Below are positions 43,799 to 55,812 of a stretch of DNA of 64,000 nucleotides, one piece after another. The notes below the pieces were generated by a model. The model had not been told where the DNA came from. It saw nothing but the letters and a program-made list of their open reading frames with translations, and made no database searches. Positions within the stretch are counted from its first letter, which is position 1. Each line of letters begins with the position of its first letter. The translations under genes and the position numbers were made by a program. The DNA is from Methanocaldococcus indicus (GTDB lineage Archaea > AGJL01 > Methanococci > Methanococcales > Methanocaldococcaceae), in the NCBI RefSeq assembly GCF_049554935.1, contig NZ_CP186926.1:608001-672000 (forward strand). The letters are read 5' to 3'.

Positions 43799-44356
43799 CC
43801 CCAGATATTGATTTTATTATTTCCTCTTCAATAACTTCCTCAATAATTTTATTTAAATCTATATTCAATTGACTTAAATATAAAGACCCTAACACCATCA
43901 AATCATTTGTGAGCTCCTCAACTAATGATTTTAATTTTTTATATTCTGATTCTAATCTTTCTAATTTTTCCAAACTTGTAGCTGTAATTTTTGAAACTCC
44001 TATAAAGGGATTTATTTGATTTGAGACTACTTCATACAAGGCCATTATATCTTGCAAATTTTCATTAATTTTATTAATTTCAATCCTCAACATTTCATTT
44101 TCTTTTCTTAAACTGTTTAGTGTAGATTCAAATCTTGGTAATCTTGACTCAATATCATTTAGTTTATTCATTAAATTTTCAGTTGTTTCCATTAAATCTC
44201 TAATACTTCTCTCCAACTCTTCATATTTATCAGATTCAATATCTTCATCTAATTCAATATCAATATCTAAAGATTCTTCATCACCGGGAGGTTGTTCTTT
44301 TTTTTTAATTTTGAAAGTTTTTCTTTTAGTGAATTAATAATATCTTTTATGCCCAT
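43770..44356 (-). CDS. flaC: Archaellum protein FlaC/ArlC, frameshifted at A9 (44298-44306); 195 aa if restored
   Basis: LYEVVSNQINPF motif in 43770-44216; RBS-preceded ATG at 44356 is out of frame by one base. Confidence 0.85.
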
Positions 44357-44398
44357 AATCATCCCCTTAAAAAGTTAAATATTTGGCCCTTAGGATAC

Positions 44399-45097
44399 TT
44401 ACTGTAGTGGGACAATATTCTCTGTAAATGTTGATGGAGCATAGAATTCAATAATTCCTGATGCACCATATTCTGGAATTACTTCTCCATATACTTTCTC
44501 TCTTGGAGTTATTTGCATATTTAAGTCACTTAAATCAACAGCTAAAGCTACTTTATCTCCAAAGTTTGCTGTTGGATGTGCTGTATTATTCAAAGAACCA
44601 TCTCCATCTTGTAATACAATAATTCCAAAATATCCTCCATCATTTGTAGCTTTAATATCATTAGCTAATGGAGTCCAAACACTATCATTTGCTACAGTTG
44701 AAGTAAATAGTCCATTTAGTCCATCTAATGCAGGGGTATATAAATATGAATTATTGTCATATACTAAAGATATCTTTTTTACTCCATCTGACAAAGTAAC
44801 TATTAAAGTACTTAAATCAATTTCATCCCCTACATTTGGAGAGATAAATATTAGCATTTTTGTTATTGATTTTTTATCTGGAGTATATCCAACAACTTTT
44901 ATAACTTGAATACCACTTGCGACTTGTTTGGTAGATTCCTCACCAACTCTTGCTGCTTTGTGTTGTAAGTTTGCTGCTGTGTTTATAATTACCGCAGCTG
45001 CTATTGACGCAACTAATACTAACGCTATAAAAATTATCAATGTCCCTATCCCTATTGCCCCTTTCTTTGATTTTATAAAATTCATAATAATCACCAA
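44399..45097 (-). CDS. flaB3: Archaellin, minor FlaB3-type
   Basis: KKG/AIGIGTLIIFIA class III signal; LQHKAARVGEEST; last of the cluster. Confidence 0.88.
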   Translation of the reverse strand: MVIIMNFIKSKKGAIGIGTLIIFIALVLVASIAAAVIINTAANLQHKAARVGEESTKQVASGIQVIKVVGYTPDKKSITKMLIFISPNVGDEIDLSTLIVTLSDGVKKISLVYDNNSYLYTPALDGLNGLFTSTVANDSVWTPLANDIKATNDGGYFGIIVLQDGDGSLNNTAHPTANFGDKVALAVDLSDLNMQITPREKVYGEVIPEYGASGIIEFYAPSTFTENIVPLQ

Positions 45098-45154
45098 ACA
45101 TATACATATTGTAATATTTTTTATTTTCTAAAAAAAATTATTTAGAGGAGAAAA

Positions 45155-45814
45155 TTATTGTAATTGGATTTCTTTTAAGTTATCTAAGTATGAAGCTGGT
45201 GTAGTGAATTCAATAACTGCTGGTGCTCCAAATTCTGGAACTACACTTCCAGTAACTGGTGTTCTTGTTGGTAATGCCATATTATTTGCTGTTAAGTTAA
45301 CAGTTAATGCAACAATATCTCCTTTATCAATTACTGGAGCACTTGCTGTACAGGAGTTGTCATCATCTCTTATAACAATTATACCAAACTTACCAGCTGT
45401 AGCTCCTTTCCAAGCAGTTAAACTTAAGTCACCAATATCTCCTGAGCTTTCAAATGTAGCCTTATCTGTAAAGGCTGAATCATTTAATTTTAATATAATT
45501 TTTTTATCATTTGCAGTTAGCATTACAGTAGTTTGTTTTAAATCAATAGGAGCACTTCCTGCATTTGGTGTTATATAGATTGCTAAATAGTTAATATCTG
45601 TTCCATTGTGAATACCTAAAACTTCCATACAAGATAAACCGCTTGCTACTTGTTCAGTAGATTGCTTACCTGTGGCCATAGCTTTTTGTTGGAGGAAACC
45701 GCTTGTATTGATTAATACTGCAGCAGCTACTGCTGCAACTAATACCATCGCTATGAAGACTATCAATGTCCCTATTCCCATTGCCCCTTTCTTACCTCTT
45801 ATATAGCTCATCAT
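45155..45814 (-). CDS. flaB: Archaellin (third in operon)
   Basis: [24 protein letters not shown]. Confidence 0.95.
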   Translation of the reverse strand: MMSYIRGKKGAMGIGTLIVFIAMVLVAAVAAAVLINTSGFLQQKAMATGKQSTEQVASGLSCMEVLGIHNGTDINYLAIYITPNAGSAPIDLKQTTVMLTANDKKIILKLNDSAFTDKATFESSGDIGDLSLTAWKGATAGKFGIIVIRDDDNSCTASAPVIDKGDIVALTVNLTANNMALPTRTPVTGSVVPEFGAPAVIEFTTPASYLDNLKEIQLQ

Positions 45815-45866
45815 TACCTATCACCTTAAAAGTTTTGATTAACTAAGAGAGAGTTACTATCCTGGT

Positions 45867-46577
45867 TTATTGTAAGGTTACAACACCATCTTTAGTATTT
45901 GAATTTAGAACATATGTTGCTGGTGTTACAAATGATATAACTGCTGGTGCTCCAAATTCTGGAATAACGCTTCCTGTTACTTGGGTTCTTGGAGCTAATC
46001 CTAAATTTACGGTATTTAATCCTGTGTTAATTGTTAATACTACTAAATCTCCACTATCAATAACAGGAGTATTTGCTTTACATGAACCATCAGCATCTTG
46101 TAATACGATTATACCAAAGTTGTTTGCTGGCAAGTATGCGGTAATTGCAGTACCATTTGATAATGCCCATGATGAGTTAGCAGTAGTAGGTACATCAAAT
46201 ATATCTGAAGTACCTGATGTATTATCACTGTAGAATGATGAGTTGTATGTTAATATTAATGTTTTAGTACCATTGCTAATTTGTATTTTTACTTGACTTA
46301 AATCAATAGGAGCACTTCCTGCATTTGGTGTTATGAATATAGCCAATTGACTTATTTGGTTTGTAGTGTTATATCTACCTTGGATTTCTTTAATGTATAA
46401 ACCGCTTGCTACTTGTTCAGTAGATTGCTTACCTGTGGCCATAGCTTTTTGTTGGAGGAAACCGCTTGTATTGATTAATACTGCAGCAGCTACTGCTGCA
46501 ACTAATACCATCGCTATGAAGACTATCAATGTCCCTATTCCCATTGCCCCTTTCTTACCTCTTATATAGCTCATCAT
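45867..46577 (-). CDS. flaB: Archaellin (second in operon)
   Basis: Same N-terminus; many N-x-S/T sequons in the variable region. Confidence 0.95.
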   Translation of the reverse strand: MMSYIRGKKGAMGIGTLIVFIAMVLVAAVAAAVLINTSGFLQQKAMATGKQSTEQVASGLYIKEIQGRYNTTNQISQLAIFITPNAGSAPIDLSQVKIQISNGTKTLILTYNSSFYSDNTSGTSDIFDVPTTANSSWALSNGTAITAYLPANNFGIIVLQDADGSCKANTPVIDSGDLVVLTINTGLNTVNLGLAPRTQVTGSVIPEFGAPAVISFVTPATYVLNSNTKDGVVTLQ

Positions 46578-46624
46578 TACCTATCACCTCAGTTAGTTAG
46601 AAGTAATTAATTATTAGTTTTTTT

Positions 46625-47257
46625 TTATTGTAATTCAAATACATCTTGTGTATATGAAGCTGGTGTAGTGAATTCAATAACTGCTGGTGCCCCAAATTCT
46701 GGAACTACACTTCCTGTTATTGTTTGTCTTGTTGGTATTGACTCACCAAATACTTTACTTACATTAACTAACAATACTGCTAAATCTCCACTGTCAATTA
46801 CTCCTTGATTTAGGGATTTATCAGCATCTTGAATAATACCTACAACAAAGTGAGTTGCATCTGCATTTGTCCAGTTACCAATTCCAAATAAGTTATCAGT
46901 GCCTTCAGTTTCTGTTGTTACTCCATTATATACTAAAGATGCTGTTTTACCATCATATGTTAAAATAACTTTTGTTTGTTTTAAATCAATAGGAGCACTT
47001 CCTGCATTTGGAGATATATAAATTGCTATTGCATCTAATCCAGTTCCATCATAGTGTCCTGTTATTCCTTTACAAATTAAACCACTTGATACTTGTTCAG
47101 TAGATTGCTTACCTGTGGCCATAGCTTTTTGTTGGAGGAAACCGCTTGTATTGATTAATACTGCAGCAGCTACTGCTGCAACTAATACCATCGCTATGAA
47201 GACTATCAATGTCCCTATTCCCATTGCCCCTTTCTTACCTCTTATATAGCTCATCAT
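46625..47257 (-). CDS. flaB: Archaellin (first in operon)
   Basis: Same N-terminus. Confidence 0.95.
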   Translation of the reverse strand: MMSYIRGKKGAMGIGTLIVFIAMVLVAAVAAAVLINTSGFLQQKAMATGKQSTEQVSSGLICKGITGHYDGTGLDAIAIYISPNAGSAPIDLKQTKVILTYDGKTASLVYNGVTTETEGTDNLFGIGNWTNADATHFVVGIIQDADKSLNQGVIDSGDLAVLLVNVSKVFGESIPTRQTITGSVVPEFGAPAVIEFTTPASYTQDVFELQ

Positions 47258-47363
47258 TACCTATCACCTCAAAGAAAATAAGTATTATAGAGTTAGTAAA
47301 ATACATTTAAGCCCCTTTTCACATCTCCCCGATACATCTTCGTTATATTATTTTAATAGGAGG

Positions 47364-47421
47364 CTATATATATTATTTTTTTGCAAACAATAATGTTAAT
47401 AATTATGTAGGTGTTTATGTA
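47364..47421 (-). promoter_or_regulatory. fla operon promoter with candidate EarA boxes
   Basis: Minus strand: TACATA at 47416-47421 and 47404-47409, then an A-rich BRE and TAATATATATAG. Confidence 0.6.
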
Positions 47422-47439
47422 GGTAGGAGGTGATTAATC

Positions 47440-47838
47440 TTGATATATGAATATAAAATAAGAAGCTGTAAAAGAGAAGAGCTAATTGATATAACAGATT
47501 TAGTTGTTAATGCAATAGAAGAAAGTAATGTTAAAGAAGGGATTGCTATTATATATTGTCCTCATACAACTGCTGGAATTGTAATTAATGAGAATGCTGA
47601 TTACTCTGTTAGAGAAGATATAATAAATTTCTTAAATTATTTAGTTCCAATAAATTTTAATTTTAAACACTTAGAAGGCAATTCTGATGCACATATTAAG
47701 AGTTGTTTAGTAGGAAATGAAAAAACTATAATAATTAAAGATAACAAACCATTATTAGGAACTTGGCAAGGAATATTTTTTGCTGAATTTGATGGCCCAA
47801 GGGTTAGAAAAGTTATAATAAAAATCTTGGAAGGTTAA
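47440..47838 (+). CDS. YjbQ/UPF0047 family protein
   Basis: PHTTAG..INE, GNSDAH, LGTWQGIFFAEFDGPR. Confidence 0.92.
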   Translation: MIYEYKIRSCKREELIDITDLVVNAIEESNVKEGIAIIYCPHTTAGIVINENADYSVREDIINFLNYLVPINFNFKHLEGNSDAHIKSCLVGNEKTIIIKDNKPLLGTWQGIFFAEFDGPRVRKVIIKILEG

Positions 47839-47841
47839 TTT

Positions 47842-48852
47842 ATGGTAAAAGCTCTAAAAGTAAATAAAAAATTTGGAGAAAGTGTAAGGAGAATTTTGAT
47901 AGAGAACTCTATATACAATAAGGAGTATAAAATAGAAAAGGATAATAATTATCTGTACATTCCAATATATAATATTAATGAAGAAATTTTACAAAATTTA
48001 ATAAATGTAGAGTTTGATATTGTTGAGAAAGATTTAGAAAAAATTAAGAAAAATAAACAAAAAAGTTTTAGAGATGTAGTTTTAGAGAAATACTCTAACT
48101 TAGTTAAAAATAAGTTAGTATCTTTATCTTATGACCATATTGGTGATTTAGTTTTACTCCAAATTGATGATGAAGTTCCTTACAATATAAGGAAAGATAT
48201 TGGTGAGTTGGCTTATAAACTAATTCCTTGTAGAGGAGTTTTTAGAAGAAAAAGTGAAATTAAAGGTGAGTATAGAGTTAGAGAGATAGAACATTTAGCA
48301 GGAGAAAATAGAACTCTAACTATCCATAAAGAAAATAATTATAGGTTATATGTTGATATAGCAAATGTTTATTTTTCTCCAAGATTAGGTTGGGAAAGGA
48401 AGAGAGTTGGAGAGTTAGTTAAAGGAAATGAGATAGTTATTGATATGTTCTCTGGTGTTGGACCTTTTTCTATTGCTTGTAAGAATGCTAAAAAAATTTA
48501 TGCAATAGATATTAATCCTTATGCAATTGATTTGTTAAAGAAAAACATAGAAATGAATAAGCTACAACATAAAATAATTCCTATATTATCAGATGTTAGA
48601 GAAGTGAATTTAAAAGGAGACAGAATTATAATGAACTTGCCAAAATATTCATATAAATTTATTGATAAAGCTTTAGAGTTAGTAAAAGAAGGTGGAGTTA
48701 TTCATTATTATACCATAGGAAAAGATTTTGATGAAGCAATAAAACCATTTATAAATAAATGTGAATTTAAAATATTAAATAAGAGGATTGTTAAGAGTTA
48801 TGCACCAAGAGAGTATATATTCTCTTTTGATATTAAAGTTGTGAAAGTATGA
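47842..48852 (+). CDS. trm5b: tRNA (guanine37-N1)-methyltransferase Trm5b
   Basis: [31 protein letters not shown]. Confidence 0.9.
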   Translation: MVKALKVNKKFGESVRRILIENSIYNKEYKIEKDNNYLYIPIYNINEEILQNLINVEFDIVEKDLEKIKKNKQKSFRDVVLEKYSNLVKNKLVSLSYDHIGDLVLLQIDDEVPYNIRKDIGELAYKLIPCRGVFRRKSEIKGEYRVREIEHLAGENRTLTIHKENNYRLYVDIANVYFSPRLGWERKRVGELVKGNEIVIDMFSGVGPFSIACKNAKKIYAIDINPYAIDLLKKNIEMNKLQHKIIPILSDVREVNLKGDRIIMNLPKYSYKFIDKALELVKEGGVIHYYTIGKDFDEAIKPFINKCEFKILNKRIVKSYAPREYIFSFDIKVVKV

Positions 48853-50351
48853 ACTGGGTAGAAAAGTATAGACCAAAAACCTTGGATGAAGTTGTTGGAC
48901 AGGATAAAGTTAAAGAAAAATTAAAAAATTGGATAGAGAGTTTTTTAAAAGGAAAAGTGCAAAAACCAATACTGTTGGCTGGACCTCCTGGAATTGGAAA
49001 AACAACTTTGGCTTATGCATTAGCCAACACTTATGGATTAGATGTTATTGAGTTAAATGCCAGTGATAAGAGAAATGCTGAACATATTAGGAGGATTGTT
49101 GGACAGTCAGCTACATCAAAATCAATATTAGGAAATAGGGTTTTAATTATTTTAGATGAAGTAGATGGGATATCTTCAAAAGAAGATAGTGGAGGAGTTT
49201 CAGAGTTAATAAAAATTATTAAAAAAGCAAAAAATCCAATAATTTTAACAGCTAATGACCCTTATTCTCCAAATTTAAGGACTTTATTAGGTTATGTTGA
49301 ACTTATTGAATTAAAACCTCTCTCTGTTAGGGATATATATAAAGTTTTAAAAAAGATAGCTGAAAAAGAAGGATTGAATGTAGATGACAAAACCCTTAGA
49401 ATGATAGCTCAACATTCAGCAGGAGATTTAAGAAGTGCTATAAATGATTTAGAAGCATTAGCTTTGGCAAATGATTTAAGTTATGAATCAGCTCAAAAAC
49501 TTCCTGATAGAGATAGAGAAAAAAACATTTTTGATGCAATAAGGATAATTTTAAAGACAGAGAAGTATGGAATTGCTACAACAGCACTAATGAATGTAGA
49601 TGAAACACCAGACATAGTTATTGAATGGTTATCTGAAAATATTCCTAATGAATATGAAAAAAAAGAAGAGATTGCCAAAGCTTTTGATTATCTCTCTAAG
49701 GCAGATATGTTTTTAGGTAGAGCTATCAAGACACAAAACTATTCATTTTGGAAGTATGCAACAAATCTAATGACTGCTGGTGTTGCTCTTTCTAAGGAGC
49801 ATAAATACAGAAAATGGACACCATATAGATATCCAAAAATATTTAGATTATTGGCTAAAACAAAAGCTGAAAGAGAATTCTTAAAGAAAATTTTAAAAAA
49901 GATAGCTGAAAAAACACATACATCCACAAGAAGAGCAAGGTTAGAGTTGGAAAGTTTAAAACTTTTATCAAAATCAAATCCTGAGAAAGTTGCTGAATTA
50001 TGTTTATTCTATGAATTTACTGAGGAAGAAATAAAAAATCTATTTGGAAATGATATATTAAAGTTAGTTAAAAAAATAAAAGAAAATATTAGAAAAGTAG
50101 AAAGTAAAAAAGAAAAGAAAAAAGGAGATGAAGAAAAACATAAAGTTAAAGAGAACAAAGAAAAAGAAGTAGAAATATCAAAAGTTAAAAAGGAAGTTAA
50201 AGAAGTAAAAGATGATAATAAAAAAGATACAAATAAAGAAATTAAATCAAAAGATAAAGAAAAAGAAGAAAAAACTGATGAGAGCAAAGATAAAAAAGAA
50301 AAGAAAAAAGATAAAGGAAAGCAACTAACATTAGATAGCTTTTTTAAATAA
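48849..50351 (+). CDS. rfcL: Replication factor C large subunit
   Basis: [27 protein letters not shown]-rich tail and PIP box QLTLDSFF. Confidence 0.96.
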   Translation: MNWVEKYRPKTLDEVVGQDKVKEKLKNWIESFLKGKVQKPILLAGPPGIGKTTLAYALANTYGLDVIELNASDKRNAEHIRRIVGQSATSKSILGNRVLIILDEVDGISSKEDSGGVSELIKIIKKAKNPIILTANDPYSPNLRTLLGYVELIELKPLSVRDIYKVLKKIAEKEGLNVDDKTLRMIAQHSAGDLRSAINDLEALALANDLSYESAQKLPDRDREKNIFDAIRIILKTEKYGIATTALMNVDETPDIVIEWLSENIPNEYEKKEEIAKAFDYLSKADMFLGRAIKTQNYSFWKYATNLMTAGVALSKEHKYRKWTPYRYPKIFRLLAKTKAEREFLKKILKKIAEKTHTSTRRARLELESLKLLSKSNPEKVAELCLFYEFTEEEIKNLFGNDILKLVKKIKENIRKVESKKEKKKGDEEKHKVKENKEKEVEISKVKKEVKEVKDDNKKDTNKEIKSKDKEKEEKTDESKDKKEKKKDKGKQLTLDSFFK

Positions 50352-50360
50352 TTAAATGAG

Positions 50361-50822
50361 GTGATAACTATTTGGAAAGATGCTCCTTCTCACATATGTA
50401 GAGGAGGTGATTTAAGAGGATTAGCTTTTTGCTGTCCTCCAATAAAATACTGTCCAATACATCAAGCTCTAAATATTTTAAAACTATCTCCAGAGGAGTT
50501 TATAAAGTTAAAAGAAGAATTTGGTAAAAGAAGTAAATTAGGTTTAGGAAAAAATACATGTTTTGGCTCATTAGTGTGGTGTTGTAAGATAACTAAACCA
50601 TGCCCATATAGAGATTTAGAGCTTAGAAAAAACAATATTTCTCCAGAGGAATATATGAAACTAAAAAAAGAACTTGCTGAATATATTTTAAAAAATAGTC
50701 CATGGTTTAAAGAAAGTGTTGAGATACTATCAAAAAAGTTTCCTAAGGAAGATGTTGAAAGAGCTTTGTTAGAGACAGGAGATTTGGAGAAGGCATATAA
50801 ACTATTAAAGATGAGAAAATGA
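50361..50822 (+). CDS. Methanogenesis marker 9 domain protein
   Basis: [31 protein letters not shown]. Confidence 0.88.
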   Translation: MITIWKDAPSHICRGGDLRGLAFCCPPIKYCPIHQALNILKLSPEEFIKLKEEFGKRSKLGLGKNTCFGSLVWCCKITKPCPYRDLELRKNNISPEEYMKLKKELAEYILKNSPWFKESVEILSKKFPKEDVERALLETGDLEKAYKLLKMRK

Positions 50823-51493
50823 ACTGGAAAGGGCATACTATTTTAGGATTAATTTTTTCTCTACCTGTCATTTTTTCTCCTGAGCATATATTCTTAGCTT
50901 TAGCTGGAGCTTTATATCCTGATTTAGACCATGAATACAAGGAAGAGATTGTTAAAAGAGGATTATTAATCTCTGGCTCAATAGTTCTAATTAATATTTT
51001 ATTGTATTTTTTTAATACTAAATTATTCAATTTAGAATTTTTTATCTTAGCTGTCCTAATATTTTTTATTTTTATAATTCCCTACTTTTCTGAGCATAGG
51101 ACATATACTCACACATTTTATTCATTAATAATGGTTTCTTTGATTATGGGATACTTTGTTTATAAACTTTCTATATTGTCCCCTACTTTCATCTCCTTAC
51201 TTATGTTGGCTATGGTCACATCTGAAAATTTGTTAGGGAAAGTTATTATATATGCACTAATTGGCTGGTTAATACTTACAATAGTTGGTTTTAAATATTC
51301 AACTGAATTTATTTTTTATTTTTTACCAATATTTGCAGGCTATCTATCCCATTTAGTTGGAGATTCTTTAACTCCAAAAGGAATAAAACCCCTATATCCT
51401 TTAAACTATAAACTAAAAAAAGAGCATGCAATAATTATAACTATTATATGGTTCATATTTGCATTATATCTCAGATTTTTTATTATAAAATAA
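50819..51493 (+). CDS. Membrane-bound metal-dependent hydrolase (YdjM-like)
   Basis: M.WKGH, PDLDH, HRTYTH, SHLVGD. Confidence 0.88.
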   Translation: MNWKGHTILGLIFSLPVIFSPEHIFLALAGALYPDLDHEYKEEIVKRGLLISGSIVLINILLYFFNTKLFNLEFFILAVLIFFIFIIPYFSEHRTYTHTFYSLIMVSLIMGYFVYKLSILSPTFISLLMLAMVTSENLLGKVIIYALIGWLILTIVGFKYSTEFIFYFLPIFAGYLSHLVGDSLTPKGIKPLYPLNYKLKKEHAIIITIIWFIFALYLRFFIIK

Positions 51494-51499
51494 ATTTTA

Positions 51500-52666
51500 A
51501 TGATTAGTATGATAATTGGAAAGTTAGGAAAAGATAAAAAAGAAAGTAATGAAGATTTCAATATAATTTTAGAAAAAATAGCTAAAAAAGTTAAAGTTAG
51601 TGAAGGTAAAAGAGCTGTTGAAGATGTATTTAGAGTAATATATAGAGAAGGGAAAATATCAACAAAAAAAATATCTCAAAAAACTAAATTACCACTACCA
51701 ATAGTAGCAAAAATAAAGAGTTACTTAGAAAGAGAGAAATTTATATACAAAGGAAAGCTCACAGAAAAAGGTGAAGAATTAGCTAAATTCTTAGGTTTGA
51801 AATATAAAAAATCCTTAGAATGTCCATTGTGTAAAGGTAGAGGAATAGTTTTAGATGACTATTTTAAAGAGATTTTAGAGAGAGTTAAAAAATACTTTAA
51901 AGAGAGACCAACAGTTAATACTTCATTAGACCAATCATTTGCTACTCCTGAAACATCAGTTTATAGAACAGCTTTAATGTATGAGAGAGGAGATTTAGAA
52001 GGAAAAGATATTATATTTATTGGAGATGATGATTTAACATCCTTACCAACAGCATTAACAAACTTTCCAAATAAAGTTTATGTTGTAGATATAGATGAAA
52101 GACTTTTAAATTTAATTAAAAGGTTTTGTGAAAAAGAAAATGTAAAAATAGAATGTATAAAGCATGATTTAAGGAAAGAACTTCCAGAAAAAATAAAAGA
52201 GAGTTTTGATATTTTCTCAACTGACCCTCCCTATACAGTAGATGGACTAAAACTATTTTTGTCAAGGGGTATAGAAGCTCTAAAAGATTTTAGTGGAGTA
52301 GCCTATCTCTCCTACTCTCATAAACCAATAGATGAATGGTTAAAGATTCAGGAAGAAATAACAAAAATGAACTTTGTTATAACTGAATTAATTCCAAAAT
52401 TCAATTACTATGAAGGTAGTGAAATAATAGGCAATATTACATTTATATCAAGATTGGTAGGAAAAAATCTAAAACCAAATATAGGCAGTTTAGATAAATT
52501 ATATACTGGATTAGTTAAACCTGTTATTAGATACTATAAATGTGTAAAATGTGGGAAAGTTTATAAAGTTGGATTAAATGAAAAAATTAAGAAAGTTGAA
52601 GATTTAATATGTGAGTGTGGAAGCAAAAAATTTAAATTAATTAAAAGAGAAAAAATTAAGAGTTAG
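51500..52666 (+). CDS. bpsA: Branched-chain polyamine synthase (N4-bis(aminopropyl)spermidine synthase family)
   Basis: C..CKGRG, LDQ, GDDDLTS, TDPPYT. Confidence 0.85.
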   Translation: MISMIIGKLGKDKKESNEDFNIILEKIAKKVKVSEGKRAVEDVFRVIYREGKISTKKISQKTKLPLPIVAKIKSYLEREKFIYKGKLTEKGEELAKFLGLKYKKSLECPLCKGRGIVLDDYFKEILERVKKYFKERPTVNTSLDQSFATPETSVYRTALMYERGDLEGKDIIFIGDDDLTSLPTALTNFPNKVYVVDIDERLLNLIKRFCEKENVKIECIKHDLRKELPEKIKESFDIFSTDPPYTVDGLKLFLSRGIEALKDFSGVAYLSYSHKPIDEWLKIQEEITKMNFVITELIPKFNYYEGSEIIGNITFISRLVGKNLKPNIGSLDKLYTGLVKPVIRYYKCVKCGKVYKVGLNEKIKKVEDLICECGSKKFKLIKREKIKS

Positions 52667-52749
52667 TATATATAAAAGAAAATTTTTATTTTAGTAGTTG
52701 TTATAATCTCTATTTCATAAAAATCATAAAAAAATTTTTTGGTGATTTT

Positions 52750-53247
52750 ATGGATAAGATAAAAGGAAGAGTTTGGAAGTTTGGGGATAATGTAGATACT
52801 GATGCAATAATGCCAGCAAGATATTTAGTGCATACAGAACCAGAAGAATTAGCTAAATATGTAATGACTGGGATAGATGAAGAATTTCCAAAAAAAGTAA
52901 AAAAAGGAGACATAATAGTTGCAGGAAAAAACTTTGGATGTGGCTCTTCAAGAGAACATGCTCCAATTGGATTAAAAGCTGCTGGAATATCTGTTGTTAT
53001 TGCTGAAAGTTTTGCAAGAATCTTTTATAGAAATGCTATAAACATTGGACTTCCATTAATAGAGTGTAAAGACATAACTAAAAAAGTAAATGAAGGAGAT
53101 GAGTTAGAAGTAGATTTAAAAACAGGAATTATAAAGAATTTAACAACAGGAGAAATAATTCAAGGACAAAAACTCCCTGAGTTTATGATGGAGATTTTAG
53201 AGGCAGGAGGATTAATGCCTTATTTAATTAATAAGATTAAGCAGTAA
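52750..53247 (+). CDS. leuD: Isopropylmalate/citramalate isomerase small subunit
   Basis: [22 protein letters not shown]; hydrophobic loop YLVH rather than HacB-type YLRT. Confidence 0.88.
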   Translation: MDKIKGRVWKFGDNVDTDAIMPARYLVHTEPEELAKYVMTGIDEEFPKKVKKGDIIVAGKNFGCGSSREHAPIGLKAAGISVVIAESFARIFYRNAINIGLPLIECKDITKKVNEGDELEVDLKTGIIKNLTTGEIIQGQKLPEFMMEILEAGGLMPYLINKIKQ

Positions 53248-53271
53248 AATTTTTTAATTTTTTGTGAGAGT

Positions 53272-54531
53272 ATGGATTTTAGTGAAATTCTTAAAGATAT
53301 TAAACCAGATAAGGAAGAAATGGAAAAAATCCATAATTTAGCTGATAAGTTAATCAATATTATTAAAAAATATTCTTCAAAGAATGTAGAAGATGTTCTA
53401 TTTGTTGGTTCTTCTGCGAGAAATACAAACTTAAAAGGTTCTTATGATATTGATATTTTTATATTGTTTAATAAAAGAGTTTCAATTGAGAAATTAGAAG
53501 AAGAAGGTTTATATTTAGGTAAGAAAGCTATTGAAGAGTTAAATGGAAAGTATGAAATAAACTATGCCTCTCATCCATACATAAGGGGGTATGTTGATAA
53601 ATATAAAGTAGATATTGTTCCATGTTATAAGATAGAGTTTGGAGAAAGAATAATTTCTGCTGTTGATAGAACTCCTCTACATCATAAATTTTTAATAGAA
53701 AGATTAACACCTCAGTTATGTGATGAAGTTAGATTATTAAAAGCTTTTTTAAAAAGTTTAGGATTGTATGGTTCTGATGTAAAAACTAAAGGATTTTCTG
53801 GATATTTATGTGAGCTTTTAATTTTAAAATATAATTCTTTTTTAAATTTATTGGAAGATGCACAAAATTGGAAAAAGAAGAAAGTTATTATTTTAGATGA
53901 TATATATAAACTCTATGGAGATATTAAATTTAAAGAATTTGATGAGCCATTGGTAGTTTATGACCCAGTAGATATAAATAGGAATGTAGCTGCTGCACTA
54001 TCAAGAGACAACTATTGTAAATTTATTTTCTATTCAAGAGAATTTTTAAAAAACCCAAAAAAAGAATTTTTTTATAACTATAAGGAAATTATAGAGAAAA
54101 ATCTAAACAATAGAGAGAAAGGTAAAGTTATTAAATTAAAGATTCCAAGAGATAAAATATCTGATGATATTGTATATCCACAGTTAGAGAAGTTATTAAA
54201 ATCTATTGTTAAAATTTTAGAGCAGCATGAATTTAAGCTATTAACATATAAATGCTACTTAGATGAAAATTATGGATTTATTGAATTAGAGTTTTTAGTA
54301 GATGAACTACCAAACATTATGATTAAACTTGGACCTCCTATTTATAATAAAAAGAGAGTTGATAGCTTTTTAAAAAAATATGATAAAGTTTTTGTAAAAG
54401 ATTGTTATTTATATAGTTTTTCAAATAGAAAATATACTAATGCTATAGATTTATTAAAAGATATAATTAACAAAAAGATTCCAATATCTAAAACTAAAAA
54501 TGTATATTTAGATGAAGCAGAAATTTTATAA
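53272..54531 (+). CDS. cca: CCA-adding enzyme, class I
   Basis: VGSSAR.T..DIDIF, YASHPY, SAVDRTPLH, GFSGYLCE. Confidence 0.95.
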   Translation: MDFSEILKDIKPDKEEMEKIHNLADKLINIIKKYSSKNVEDVLFVGSSARNTNLKGSYDIDIFILFNKRVSIEKLEEEGLYLGKKAIEELNGKYEINYASHPYIRGYVDKYKVDIVPCYKIEFGERIISAVDRTPLHHKFLIERLTPQLCDEVRLLKAFLKSLGLYGSDVKTKGFSGYLCELLILKYNSFLNLLEDAQNWKKKKVIILDDIYKLYGDIKFKEFDEPLVVYDPVDINRNVAAALSRDNYCKFIFYSREFLKNPKKEFFYNYKEIIEKNLNNREKGKVIKLKIPRDKISDDIVYPQLEKLLKSIVKILEQHEFKLLTYKCYLDENYGFIELEFLVDELPNIMIKLGPPIYNKKRVDSFLKKYDKVFVKDCYLYSFSNRKYTNAIDLLKDIINKKIPISKTKNVYLDEAEIL

Positions 54532-55698
54532 GTCTATTTTAGCTAATTCATGTCCAAACTCTTTTAATTTGTATAATTGTTCTTTTGTTGGACACATTCT
54601 TATTTTTAGAATATCATCATCTATAATCTTGTAGTTAAGCTCCTCAAATACCAATTTTATTTTATTTGTTGCACATTCATTCCAACCATAAGAACCAAAG
54701 GCTACCCCAATTTTATCATAAGGTTTTATACTTAATAAATAAGTTAATAACTTTCCAATTGTTGGATGTACATTCCTATTCATTGTAGGTGAGCCAATTA
54801 ATACATATTTAGCATCTACCATTTCAGTTATAATTTTTGATAATGGCGTATTAGATGCATCAAATATTTTTACATTAATACCCTCTTCTATTAAACCACA
54901 AGCTAATGCATGAGCCATTTTTTTAGTTGAGTTATATATGGTGTCATAAACAATAACAGCTTTATTTTTATACTTTGAAAATGCCCACTGCTCATATCTC
55001 TTTAAGATTTCATCAATATATTTTCTCCATATTACACCATGAGCTGGAGCAATTATATCAATTTCTAACTCCTTTATAGTTTTTATTAAATCAATAATTA
55101 ATGTTTTATAAGGCATTAGAACATTTGCAAAGTATTCTTTTGCATAATACATAGAGTATCCTCTAATATCATCATCAAATCTCTGAGTAGATGCATAATG
55201 TTGTCCAAATGCGTCATTTGAAAATAGAATCTTATCATCTGCTAAATAAGTAATCATATTATCTGGCCAATGTAACATTGGAGTATGTATAAATTTAAAC
55301 CTTTTATTTCCTAATTTTATAGTTTCATAGTTATCAACTGTTATAAATTCCCAATTTTTTGTATTATAACATAAAGATAATAGTTCTTTGCATTTTTCAT
55401 TTGTTATTATTTTAGCCCCACTATATTCAACAATTTTTGGTAATGCCCCTGTATGGTCTTTTTCAGCATGATTAACAATTATATAATCTAAATCTCTAAT
55501 ATCAATGACATCCCATATTCTACATAAAAGTTCATCTGCAAAAGTTTCTTTTACTGTGTCTATTAATATATTTTTCTCTCCAGTGATTAAATAGGAGTTG
55601 TAAGTAGTCCCAAATGGTGTATAGTGTGCATGAAATTCTCTTAATTCCCAATCAATTGCCCCTACCCAATATATATTCTTTTTAATTTCAACTACCAT
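54526..55698 (-). CDS. fprA: Flavodiiron protein (FprA family)
   Basis: GTTYNSY, HAEKDH, HWPD, NDAFGQH, flavodoxin domain FGSYGW. Confidence 0.92.
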   Translation of the reverse strand: MVVEIKKNIYWVGAIDWELREFHAHYTPFGTTYNSYLITGEKNILIDTVKETFADELLCRIWDVIDIRDLDYIIVNHAEKDHTGALPKIVEYSGAKIITNEKCKELLSLCYNTKNWEFITVDNYETIKLGNKRFKFIHTPMLHWPDNMITYLADDKILFSNDAFGQHYASTQRFDDDIRGYSMYYAKEYFANVLMPYKTLIIDLIKTIKELEIDIIAPAHGVIWRKYIDEILKRYEQWAFSKYKNKAVIVYDTIYNSTKKMAHALACGLIEEGINVKIFDASNTPLSKIITEMVDAKYVLIGSPTMNRNVHPTIGKLLTYLLSIKPYDKIGVAFGSYGWNECATNKIKLVFEELNYKIIDDDILKIRMCPTKEQLYKLKEFGHELAKIDL

Positions 55699-55812
55699 AG
55701 TAACCTCCTAAAAAATATAGTGAGTATCATTTAATAATAATAACTTATATAATAACTTTATTGTATTAAAATAATTCTAAATTTTACAAAAATCTTTTAT
55801 ATGTGGGAAATT

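Larger units (their letters stand above)
45634..47269. repeat. Three identical 180-193 bp direct repeats covering the RBS and 5' ends of three archaellin genes
   Basis: 45634-45826 = 46397-46589 (193 bp); the 180-bp core is also at 47090-47269. Confidence 0.92.

Noticed and set aside
50090-50320. A-rich low-complexity stretch
   Set aside because: Ordinary K/E-rich linker of RfcL before the PIP box; the FlaD linker is similar.
48849-50351. Intein in rfcL or other genes
   Set aside because: Protein lengths are normal and no splicing or LAGLIDADG motifs were seen.
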